Shown here in pieces: positions 1 through 10,705 of a DNA stretch of 64,000 nt. The stretch comes from Somniosus microcephalus (taxonomy: Eukaryota), in contig CM126217.1 of NCBI GenBank assembly GCA_052327205.1, positions 40,238,001-40,302,000 of the forward strand, in the 5' to 3' direction. Position 1 is the first letter of the stretch; each line of letters opens with the position of its first letter. Below the pieces are notes generated by a model that was given only the letters and a program-made list of their open reading frames with translations, was not told the origin of the DNA and did no database searches. The position numbers were made by a program, and so were the translations under genes.

Positions 1-620
1 TGATGCCACCTGGGAGACAGTCCTCCAGTGCTACCCTTCACCTAATTCCCACAATATTATTATGGGAGAAACTTGCTTACAATGCCCGAGAAAGGCAGGG
101 GACCGAAAGGGGAATACTGGACATTAGAGAGCTAACCTCCTATGAGAAGTAGGCCTTGGAGCTGCTAGGGAGGCACTCTGCTCTCGCCATAGGAGATGAC
201 GAGATTGGTGGGACAGTGCAGGTAGCATGTTATTGAGTAAACATCTAGATAATCGCCATGGCATCCCTGAATCACAATAAATAAAAAGTTCAGGGATGTG
301 TAATGCATTGAAAGAATTATAATTGCTTTGAAGCAGAGTAAGTGGAGTAATGGCAATAGTGACAAAGGGAGACAGCATCCTGAGTGATATTACACAGGAC
401 CCCTGTGGCTGTTTGAAATTAGCCAGTGGTACAGAAATTGTGTGGGGGGGCATCTTATGCAGCCACAGACAGACCTGTGTGCAGATGATCTTGGCTGCAG
501 ATCTTTAAGCAGAAGCTGGCATAGCTATCCTTCAGCCTCTTTGGTGAAGCACACTCTTCTCACACGAGTTCCTCACTGAGATCTTAAGATCCGTGTGGCC
601 GGCAAACATTTTTTCGGGGG
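1..620 (-). pseudogene. Relic Harbinger-type transposase fragment (heavily decayed, runs off window start)
   Basis: Minus-strand translation across stops and frameshifts gives DLSEE..VRRVCFTKE..LCQLLLKDLQPR..NFCTTG*FQTATGVLCNITQ..QYSP. This is collinear with CVRRLRFRKEVVAEICHLLRRDLRP..LNFYATGSFQSAAGDIANISQ..QYSP of the intact transposase at 9578-10705. Confidence 0.7.
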
Positions 621-2816
621 GGGGGGGGAGGGGGAAGTAATATCTTGTAAGGTGCATCCTCCCCAAATGGAGCCTTACTCTCCTTTCCTCCCATTTTGTA
701 CTGCACCTCCTCCTCCATTAAAATAGAAAACAAGAGAATCTCATAATTGTTAATCAGAATCTTTTAATATAATTGGGAGAATATACCCCGATGATCTCTC
801 AGAGGCAAGGTCAGCTCTGTCCAGGTGCAACTAAAAAAGAAACAATCCCAAATCCCTACTGTAGCTCAAGCTTCCCCAGGATTGGAGCTCCAAAGTAAAG
901 CACTTCCAGCAGTACCAGCTGATGCTAGCAACAGGTACTCCTCTTTTCATTCATTCTAAGTTACCCTTGGTGCATTGGGGCTGAAGTCACGGGTTTTGGC
1001 CACTCCTACGCTGTTATCCTCACCACAATATAGTACAAGAACCTCCCAGTAGCACTGGCAGCAGCATATGTGGAAGGTCCCAGACCTGAACGTCAGCGTA
1101 CCCAGAAACCCGGCAAAAATAGGAAGAACAGGGAACCTGGAAAAATTGAATTTGGCTCAAATTTCATTCATCAGCTGATTGCTTTGATTTTGATCTTCAC
1201 TCCCAACCAACCATCTTTTTCTGTGGCAAATATTTAAACTCACAAAATTATTCTTTTCCTGTCCCACTTTTTGCCCTGCAGCACCAGTTCATCTAGAATT
1301 TTTAGCCTGGTTTGAACAATTAGAGGTTGACTTTAGAGCCAACGTAGTTTTTTTCTACCCCTCTTATTATTGACATCAACAACCTGTTCTCATTTCATTT
1401 GTTTAACAAATGAAAAAATGAAGTGTGATGTGTTGCTAGTTTTGTCCTTGTTATTTCTGTACGTCAGCAGTAGCTCTATATTTTGGACTCCAGTTCCAAT
1501 GATTTTAAACAGATAGTTGCATACTCTTCCAATACTCATTGTTCCATTTGCCTCAGATCTCCTTCACTAGCCTATTTTTTTCTCATATTGGGGCACGTTA
1601 TGTCAGAAAGACCTCTTTCTGAAATTAGTAACTGGCACTGACACTGAAAATTGTCACACAATTAATAATATGAAAAAAATAATAAAATGAAAACAAGTTA
1701 TAAAAGTGAAATTGTGCAAAGACACACCGTAAACAATGATGGATTGCAACCGATGTATTGAAATGTAACAAATCAGTTTCACTGGGGCATTTTAAAGACC
1801 ATTCTATGAATTTGGAAAAGATATGGATTATTTTTGGTTAATAATTCTACTCTGCTTTTGCCCTGAACTAGCATATTAAATGTTTTTCCCCAGGTTTTCT
1901 TTTTTGGTCTTGATTTTAAGTGAATAGATTATACTGGGGTTAGCAAAACTACAGAAAAACACTCCTGCAGTTCCACAGATTACACATGAACATTTTCAGC
2001 AGAAATACGTATCTTACAACATGCTATCTAAAACTGGTGCCACAGTGTGTAAGCATCCTTGTGTCTTCACATGCTAATTCAGTTGTGCTATTGTTGGAAG
2101 GTGCTGTATGGGGGCAAGGTGGAGAAGAGTGAAACATCATGAGGAATTTCTCGATTGCTCTTGGAGACCAGTTACAGATTGGCATTGATAGAGGGCTGAG
2201 TGTCTGTTTTCTCAGCTGGGGAGCAGCTATGCCATGGGATGTAACAACCAAAACACCTCAGCAAAAAAAACCCTGTGAGACTCTAGTTTAAACTAATTAA
2301 AACTGGTGAGAATGAAAGAGGAAATACGAGCCAGTTTCACATTCTGGACCTTTCTTATCTAATAATACAAAGGAAAGGTTAGGGCCAATTAGATATGAAA
2401 AAGAAAATCTGAGGGATGATGAAGGAGTAGTGCAGAGTGCTTTGGTTTGTTTTCACAGAAAAGTGTAATAATGGAATGAAAGAATGCAAAAGGAGGAGGG
2501 GAAGTTATCAGACTGGTGATGACCTCTCCTAAAGATGGTGATAGTGGATCATTCAAGCCATTTGATTTCATAAAGTTAAATAGTTGATACATTTCGTTTT
2601 AAAGAAACGATTTTATTTAAGGTGTCTAACCTAAAACAGAAGTTGAATTAATTTTGTTTTGAGAAGTCATATCACATATTAGACTGCTAACTTCCTCTGT
2701 TCTGGACAAATGTTAATAGATTCAACACCACAAAGCAGGATTTGATATAAATCCTTTGCTATTGGATCAATATTTTGAATTTTATTCACCTATGTGGTAT
2801 AATTTTATACCATATG

Positions 2817-3111
2817 CAGTAAACTCTTTCTTATCCGGCACCTATGGGACCAGGATGGTGCCTGTTGATGAAAAATTCTGGATAAAAGAGAGGTATACCT
2901 ACCAAGGCAATTTTTAACACAAACAAAAATAAAAAATCAAGAAATGTACTGTATAATTGGGTACTCACCTACAGAATGTTCCGTTAAATGTATGGTAGAA
3001 TCGGCAAGATTACCGGTTATTGAGGTGTTGTTTTGTATTGAAATATATCTATTTTGCCGGTTATTAAAGTATTCCGGATGATTAAAGTGCCATTTAAACA
3101 AGAGTTTACTG
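2817..3111. mobile_element. Tc1/mariner-pogo (Tigger-like) MITE
   Basis: Terminal inverted repeat CAGTAAACTCT...AGAGTTTACTG, followed by TA on the right (TG on the left); internal CCGGNTA-type subterminal repeats; no ORF. Confidence 0.6.
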
Positions 3112-3261
3112 TACTGCAGTATGGCAGACTTGGTTTTGGTAGGGAAGGAGCCATGTGTTTTCACATGAAGATGAAGTCATGGCAATTTCTCATGTGATGT
3201 ATGTCATTACAATTTGTAAATAAATTTTAAAATGGTTTGGAAACATTTTTCCTGTGTAAAG

Positions 3262-3565
3262 ATAACAACAACTTGTATTTATATAGCGCCTTTAACATAG
3301 TAAAATGTCCCAAGGTGCTTCACAAGAGCGTTATCAGATAAAATTTCACACCAAGCCACATAAGGAAATATTAGGACAGGTGACCAAAAGCTTGGTCAAA
3401 GAGGTAGGTTTTGAGGGGCATCTTAAAGGAGGAGAGAGAGGTCGAGAGGCAGAGAAGTTTGAGGAGGGAATTCCAGAGCTTAGGGCCTAGACAACTGAAT
3501 GCACAGCAACAAATAGAGGGGGAAGGAAATCAGGGATGCACAAGAGGCCAGAATTGGAGGAACAC
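3262..3565 (-). mobile_element. L2 LINE 3' fragment
   Basis: Reverse-complement similarity to the L2 3' end at 5080-5380 (CAACAAC tail, TTTATATAGCGCCTTT). Confidence 0.7.
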
Positions 3566-3582
3566 AACAGTGTAATAAACCA

Positions 3583-3715
3583 TAGGGGTCATCACAGCTA
3601 AGCCTAACTCTGAGCTCACCCTACATTGACGTGGCCACTTTGCAGCAGAGGTCCTTGATAGCTATCGGGATCAGGAACCCCGGCTGATTTTCCCCCTCGA
3701 AGCTCAAGAACCAAA
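3583..3715 (-). mobile_element. Old SINE fragment (AmnSINE2-like)
   Basis: Shares GGAACC/ATT..GGCTGATTTT core with 5600-5795. Family name is from a recalled consensus. Confidence 0.4.
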
Positions 3716-4649
3716 TCTATACTACAGAAAAATGATTATTGTTTGTTTAATGGCCTTTTCAACAACCAGCTAAGAACTCAAAATTCCATTTTGCTGGTGA
3801 GGTAATGGTAATAAAAGGCTTGTAATATTTGAACCCCAATAGTAACCACTGCTAACGTGTATAGTACCATGATGGCACTCAACTGCAACTTATTTCCTAA
3901 TAAATTCACAGTAATAAGATCACAATCATTGATCCTTATAATGTAAATGTCATCATGTATCAGCCACATGGATTGTATTACCAGTCACTGCCCTTACTGA
4001 TAGAACCTTTTGATCCTTAGTTATGTACAATAAAAATTGGAGAGCTAGAAATGAAACACACTTTACAAATGAACTGTATTTATATTATATATGTTTAAGT
4101 CTATGATCTCAAGGTTCTGTCACCAATAATAATCTGATTTGTGTGGTTTATGACATTATCTGAACCCCTTGATTTAATTACTGCCCCGTAATCCATCATA
4201 GGTATCCATTGCTCTCTACATTATGTATAATGGACATATGATTTCCTGATAATTAACTACAAATTATTTCCCTGCTGTTGTGAAGCTCCTCGACACCTTT
4301 CTGTGAACATCACATTATGCTCTGCTCAGCTCAGCTCAACTCTCATCTTAATATGGTAACCCCCAAAAAGGGCAACAAGAAAAGTCAAAAGGTAGCAATT
4401 CAAAAATTATCAGAAATATTTGCTAAAGAGACAGTGATATTAAAAGAAAATGTTTGAAATCCTTTTTTCTCATCTGAAGAACATTACAAGGTGGCCAATG
4501 CATTTCATAACTGTGGCACAAAATTTTAAATTGCATTTCTTAAAAGTGATTTTGTCATGATGAAAGCTGTTCACTCTCCTCAGTGCCTTTCCTTTCCATT
4601 TTGTCCCCCCTTCTTCTGAAGGAACTGACTCATTTTGGAGTACAGCTCC

Positions 4650-5380
4650 ATAGCTGTCAGTCACCCTCCACTATCCATCTAAACTACTTATTCTACGCCT
4701 CCGTAACACTGCCCGTCTCCACCCCTGCCTCAGCTCATTTGCCCATCTCTGCACCTGCCTCAGCTCATCTGCTGCTGAAACCCTCATCGATGCCCTTGTT
4801 ACCTCTGAACTTGACTATTCCACCGCACTCTTGGCTGGCCTCCCACAATCTACCCTACGCAAACTTGAGGTCATCCAAAACTCGGCTGCCCGTGTCCTAA
4901 CTTGTACCAAGTCCCGTACACCCATCACCCCTGTGCTCGCTGACCTCCATTGGCTCCCAGTTAAGCAACGCCTTGATTCTCATCCTTGTTTTCAAATCCC
5001 TCCATGGCCTCGCTCCTCCCTATCTCTGTAATATCCTGCAGCCCCACAACCCCCCCCCGAGATATCTGCGTTCCTCAAATTCTGCCCTCTTGAGCATCCC
5101 TGATTATAATCGCTCAACCATCAGTGGCCGTGCCTTCAGCTGCCTAGGTGCAAAGCTCTGGAATTCCCTGTCTAAACCTCGCCGCCTCCCAACTCTCTTT
5201 TCTCCTTTAAGACACTCCTTAAAACCTAGCTCTTTGACCAAGCTTTTGGTTATCTGCCCTAATTTCTCCTTAAGTGGCTCGGCATCAAATTTTGTGTTAT
5301 AATACTCTTGTGAAGCAGCTTGGGACGTTTTACTGTGTTAAAGCCGCTATATAAATACAGGTGTTTGTTGTTGTTGTTGT
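4650..5380 (+). mobile_element. L2 LINE 3' fragment (RT C-terminus and 3' tail)
   Basis: Broken ORF2 pieces LAGLPQSTLRKLEVIQNSAARVLT..PITPVLADLHWLPV..ILVFKSLHGLAPPYL..RAFS..LWNSL; ends in a (TTG)n tail. Confidence 0.9.
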
Positions 5381-5599
5381 GTGAACTAATGTTCCCTTTA
5401 ATTTTTTTTGGGTGCGTGGCCCCTTTATTGGGCTTTGCTGCCAAATTCAAATTCCCGCACATGCGCGATTTTTCCTATTGTAAGGCCGGCAAGCAGCCTG
5501 CGCGAATGCTCCAGACATCTGCACAGCCACGTGGCAGCGCAGCTTATAAGGAACATTGGTGTGAACTAGACAATGAGGATCGGCTGACTATTCAATTGT

Positions 5600-5795
5600 G
5601 GGGGTATTCTAGTCCTCACCTAAAGTGACTACACAGCAATCGGGAACAGGAATTCTGGCTGATTTTTCTCTCATTAGCCCTGGAGAACTGAGGCAAATTG
5701 TAGGAGCCCTTCTCCCACTAAGCAAGGATCAGCAAATCTGTATAGTTCAGTGCCACACGGACAGTGCATGTATTAACTGACCCATCAGGGGAACT
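5600..5795 (-). mobile_element. Old tRNA-derived SINE (AmnSINE2-like)
   Basis: GGCTGATTTTT..AGCCC..GAGGCAAATTGTAG core; minus strand starts with a tRNA-like head TTCCCCTGATGGGTCAGTT. Confidence 0.45.
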
Positions 5796-5884
5796 AAAAA
5801 ATGTCTCTCGATATGACTTTTTCTTTAACATCATTGATGATGAGCCAGGTATTTTTATCTACTGATGTAAGGACATGAACAAAA

Positions 5885-6350
5885 TAAAAGAAAGGACTTG
5901 CATTTTTATAGCACCTTTCACAACCTCAGGATGTCGCATAGAGTTTCACAGCCAATGAAGTACTTTTGAAGTGTAGTCACTATTGTAATGTAGGGAAAAC
6001 ACAGAGCCAACTTGCACACAGCAAGGTCCCACAACCAGCCATGAGATAAATAACAAATTAAACTGTCTCAGTGATGTTGGTTGAGGGATAAATGTTGACC
6101 AGGACACCAGATGAACTTCCCTGCACTTCTTCAAATCGTTCCATGCGATATTTTACATCCACCTGAGAAGGCAGAGGTGATTTGGGTTTAACGTCTCATC
6201 CAAAATATGGCACTTCAGACAATTCAGCATTCCCTCAATACTGCACTGGAGTGTCAGCTGAGATTAGGTGCTGAAGTCTAGAGTGGGGCTTGAACCCACA
6301 ACCTTCTGGGTCAGAAGCAAGGGTGCTACCAATGAGCCAAAGCTGACACC
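5885..6350 (-). mobile_element. Deu-domain SINE (SacSINE1/AmnSINE1-like), near full length
   Basis: tRNA-like head (GCTCATTGGTAG..GGTTCAAGCCC), Deu core GAAGAAG..GGTGTCCTGGTCAACATTTATCCCTCAACCAAC, and L2-like tail. Related copies at 15361, 19100 and 36985. Confidence 0.8.
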
Positions 6351-7305
6351 TTGGTTAACTGAAAGGTTGGTGATTGCTAACATGATCAATAACCACAACT
6401 TCCTTACCCCACACGCTCAAAGCACATGACCACACCCAGAAACAGTAGCATTGCCAAACTTGACAACATTTTAAAAACTCCAGTTTATTTTATAAACAAT
6501 AGACAGGAAAATAATTTAAAGGCTGTAATGTAATTGAGAGATTCAGATAATGTTTGTGCATGACTTGAGCCTTGCCCTCAAACCCCTTGATTTCACTGTT
6601 GCATTGTATCAGCCCCTCCGATTGATCTGGCATCCTGGCTAGAACCTCAACGGGACAAACTACTCAGATTTTGTGAAATGTGATAGGTGACTTGATTACC
6701 CCAGGATAGTCATAGCTCTATCTATCAAATGATTAGGGCAAACAATATGGCGCAAAGTAACATGCTGTGACAAATCCCACAGATTTCTGCACTTACCACA
6801 TGTAGCAGTTTCCTGCCTTAGTACCACAATTTTGCTTAAAAAGTCCCAGAGTCATCAAAAGCATTGCTTTCTGAACAGATTTGCATGATAACAAAGTATT
6901 TGTCCTATCAATGATTAAATGAACTGAATGTTCAGGGTCATTAAACATAGGGGCCTAGAATTTCAGTATAGCCAGTTTTGGGGCGCTAACGTTAGCGCCC
7001 GCCCGAAGTTAGCGCCCGCCCCAAAGTTGCGCCCCCTTGCCGGAAATTCAGTCGCTTCGCCCTAAGAGGTTGCTGGAGCGCTAAAAGAGGCGTTCCACTA
7101 CTATCTTTAGGCGCTAAGCCGGCGGTGCAGAGGGATAGCGCCGAGGCGGGGCGCAACGCGGGTGCGGTCGTTTTTTGATTGACAGCAGACCCCGTGGCGC
7201 CGACCAGCTCTTAAAGGGGGAAGGGACGATTTGGTCTGCTGCCACGCCCTGCACACTGCAGCTTTGCAAATAGGCCTCAACACTGCTGCTCAGCCCCAGG
7301 GAGTC

Positions 7306-9213
7306 ATGGCAACGCCAGAGAAGGCCCGTGAGCGTGCCCTGCGCTTCTCAGAGCGTGATCTGGGAATAATGGTGACAGCTCTGGAGAAGAGGCGCAGGAT
7401 CTTGTTCCCACAGACTGGGAGGAATCCGACCCACCAAGAATACACCAGAGCCTGGAAGCAGATCGCCAACAGGGTGACGGTCACCGGCGATGCCCCCAGG
7501 ACCCACACCCAATGTCGGAAAAAATACAACGACCTGACCAGGATTGTCAGGGTGAGTACCCTTTCCAGTCTCCTCCTCATTCTTGCATGTACACCTGACA
7601 TGATGGGCAAAGGGAGCTGAAAGGCCTAATGGCCAGCCCTCAGCCAGCAGCTTTGGGACAGTCATGAGCATCAATTGCCCATTCTGCACTCTACACTCTG
7701 GCCAAGCTATTCCACCATGGGAGGCAGTGCACAGTACATCAGGGCTACACTCTGGCCAAGCTATTCCACCATGGGAGGCAGTGCACACTACATCAGGGCT
7801 ACACTCCGTACTTACAGCCCGTCCTTTCTCTTGCAGGCTAAACTTGCCAATAATCGCCAGGCCCGTGCCAGGACCAGGGGAGGCCGCGCCAAGCTGCAGA
7901 AGCTCACTCCCCTGGAGGAGCGCGTGAGTGGGCTCATGGGAGCCCGGCTGATCGTGCCCACAGCGTGCGGAGTAGCCGACCCTCCACTGCCCGGCAATGG
8001 TAAGGACCTCGCCTTTTGGCCCTCTCGCGTCGCACTTGCGCATCCGAGCTACCTCCTTTGCCACTGTCCCACCAATGCGCTGAATGCCACCAGTCCTGAC
8101 TCCCTCGCTGACGCCGTCTCCTCACTCTGAAGCTACTCTTGTGCATTCCTGCTTTCAGCTGGTGACGACCAGGTCCCTGAAGCTGCCAGTGACAGCCCCT
8201 CCGAGCAGGAGGAGGAGGAGGAGGAGGAGGAGCAAGAGCAAGCCGGACCATCAGGGGAACACTCAGGTCCCGCAGGAGAGGACGAAATGATTGACACGTC
8301 CTCACTGGATGAGTGCCTGGACCAACTGTCGCAGGGGATTGCAGCTGCTGGGACCAGTGGCGTCCAGCCACCCAGGAGTCCTGCGCGTGGGCCGCGGCCT
8401 TCCCCCAAAAGGGGGGAAGGATCAGAGGGGAGTGCAGTTGATCGGGACACTCGCCGCCACCAACGTGGCAAGGTTCCCCTAGTTCGGTCCCCTGCTCCCC
8501 AGCGGGAGAGTCCCAACTCCAGTCCGGACACCTTCACCTCGGAGGAGGCGCGGAAGCTGGACAAGATGGCCGAGGATTCGGACCGGCGCCACACGGAGCT
8601 CATGCGCGTGGTGGGGCGCATGCCTGAGGCCATCGAGTCGCTGGCGACCAGTGTGCGCGAGTTCGGGGCATCAACTGCCGCGAGTGGCCGCATGCTCACT
8701 GATGCCGTCAAGTCCCTGGTGGGTGTGATGCGGGCGCACACCAGGACAACAGGGGCACTCACTGCTGCCACACGCGCTGTCTCAGGCAGGCATCGCCAGG
8801 GCACCCGCCGCGCTGCAGCATCCCAGCGAGCCGCCCCTCGGCTGATTGGTGCGGATCCTGCAGTGCGGACCCGGCCGAGTGCCAGCGTGCCACAGCACCA
8901 GCCAGCGCATCCCAGACGCCAGCTTGCCCACATTGCGCCATCCGTTGCCGCCACTCCCCCACTGGGGCGTCAAGGGCAAGCGGCTGGAGCTGATGATGGC
9001 CAGGCTCAGGTGCGCCACTCAGCAGCCGGCCCCTCGAGGCCCAAAGGCCGTGTAGGCTGCCCCCCAAGGGCATCTGGCGGAAGGACATCTGAGCCTCAGG
9101 CGCCTTCCCCCAGCCTCGCAGCAGCCACTGGGCAGAGCTTGCGAAGGAGCAGCAGACCGGGCAGGGCAGGCAAAAGGCTGGACAAGGTCTCGCCCTCGCG
9201 GGCCACTCAGTAG
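7306..9213 (+). CDS. Harbinger Myb/SANT-like (trihelix, NAIF1/MSANTD-like) DNA-binding protein; 3 exons 7306-7551, 7837-7999, 8159-9213; ~487 aa
   Basis: Motifs RFSERDL..RRRILF..AWKQIA..RTHTQCRKKYNDL and TRGGR..LTPLEERV. GT-AG introns with polypyrimidine tracts (phases 0 and 1). The joined exons total 1464 nt with no internal stop. Confidence 0.85.
7691..7806. repeat. 54-bp tandem duplication in Myb-gene intron 1
   Basis: CTACACTCTGGCCAAGCTATTCCACCATGGGAGGCAGTGCACA(G/C)TACATCAGGG x2, plus a partial third copy. Confidence 0.9.
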
Positions 9214-9442
9214 AGGGTGTGGCCAGCTTTCGTTTTATATGGCGGTGGCCATCTTTCTTTTGCCCATGGTTGTTTGGTTCGTGGGCTTATTTTTTGCGTT
9301 AAGGCCGAGGTTGAGGCCAGGTTTGTACAAATGTGGAGTTACTCCTCCCCAGTTTGTGGGAGTGAGTCGTTTGTTGGGCTTTTTGTGGGGCCCGTTGATT
9401 GTTTTTGGGGATTCATGTGGGAAGGGGTTTTCATTTTTGTGT

Positions 9443-9462
9443 AATAAATAATTATCTTTATT
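9443..9462. terminator. Opposed polyadenylation signals for the two convergent Harbinger genes
   Basis: AATAAA at 9443-9448 (+) and TTTATT at 9457-9462 (AATAAA on -), lying between the two stop codons. Confidence 0.6.
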
Positions 9463-9577
9463 CATAGAGTCTCCATGGTTGTTCTTGTTAGTGTTTGTTG
9501 GCTTCGCCGGCTGAGGGCTTGCGGAGCGGCTGCATTCATCTTCCCTCATGGCCACAAGGCATTCCCTGACAGGGGGC

Positions 9578-10705
9578 TTAGAAGTAACGTGTAATAAGGT
9601 GGCGTCGCACGGCCCTTGGCCCTGGTCGCTCCCTCCTGGGAACGTACTCCTGCTCCTCCTGCTCCTCCTCCTGAGGTGGTGGTCCAACATCAGGTGGCAG
9701 TGCCTGAGTCCTGCGGATAGCCAGGTTATGTAGCATGCAGCAAACTACCACAAATTGGGAGACCCGGTCCGGCGAATACTGCAGAGATCCTCCGGAGCGA
9801 TCAAGGCAGCGGAACCGCTGCTTGAGGACCCCAATAGTTTGCTCGATGATGTTGCGGGTGGTTTGATGGCTCTCGTTGTATGCCTCTTCAGCAGCGGTCC
9901 TGGGCACGCGGAGCGGGGTCATGAGCCAGGTACACAAAGGATAGCCTTTGTCCCCGAGTAGCCATCCTCTTGGGGGAGGTTGTGCCTCGAACATGTCATG
10001 CACAGTACTCTGCCGCAGGATAAATGCATCGTGGCTGCTGCCTGGAAAGCTGGCATTGACAGCCATGATGCGCTGCTTGTGGTCACACACCAGCTGCACA
10101 TTCAGAGAATGGTAGCCCTTCCTGTTGCAATACTGCTCGCCATGCTCCAGAGGGGCCCGCAAAGCCACATGCGTACAGTCAATGGCGCCCTGCACCAAGG
10201 GGAAGGCCGCGAGTCTTGCAAATCCCAATACGCGCTGATGCTGGCTCTCCAGGGCCATGGGGAAGGAGATGAATTGGCGTCTCCTTCTGAACAGTGCTTC
10301 GGTCACCTGGCGGATGCAGCGATGCGCGCCGTACTGGGAGATGTTAGCTATGTCCCCAGCAGCGGATTGGAAGGAGCCGGTGGCATAGAAGTTCAATGCC
10401 ACAGTCACCTTCACTTCCACCGACAGAGACGTCCTGCACCTGAGCTTTGGACGCAGATCTCTGCGAAGCAGGTGGCAGATCTCTGCAACCACCTCCTTTC
10501 GGAATCGGAGCCTTCTAACACATCGCGCACCAGTCATGTTGAGGTAGGAGCGCTGCTGGCGGTATAGCCTGACTGGGTAAGGCCTACGTGGCCGACGCCT
10601 GTTGCCCCCTCTGCCTCTAGCCAGGGCTGCCCCTCTCACAATGCGTCTGCGAGCCCTACGGACATGGCGCTGCAGCTCCGCGTTGGCACCCCATGCAACC
10701 CCCAT
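9578..10705 (-). CDS. Harbinger DDE transposase (HARBI1-like), ~375 aa, intronless
   Basis: Motifs [65 protein letters not shown]. First ATG at 10705 (the ORF track starts upstream at 10738). Confidence 0.95.
   Translation of the reverse strand: MGVAWGANAELQRHVRRARRRIVRGAALARGRGGNRRRPRRPYPVRLYRQQRSYLNMTGARCVRRLRFRKEVVAEICHLLRRDLRPKLRCRTSLSVEVKVTVALNFYATGSFQSAAGDIANISQYGAHRCIRQVTEALFRRRRQFISFPMALESQHQRVLGFARLAAFPLVQGAIDCTHVALRAPLEHGEQYCNRKGYHSLNVQLVCDHKQRIMAVNASFPGSSHDAFILRQSTVHDMFEAQPPPRGWLLGDKGYPLCTWLMTPLRVPRTAAEEAYNESHQTTRNIIEQTIGVLKQRFRCLDRSGGSLQYSPDRVSQFVVVCCMLHNLAIRRTQALPPDVGPPPQEEEQEEQEYVPRRERPGPRAVRRHLITRYF

Noticed and set aside
7348-8954. 238-aa and 273-aa minus-strand ORFs
   Set aside because: Antisense shadows of the GC-rich Myb gene exons.
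9578-10705. Domesticated host gene HARBI1 (with NAIF1)
   Set aside because: Enclosed by TIRs and a TSD together with a Myb partner, so it is a transposon copy and no host gene symbol is assigned.
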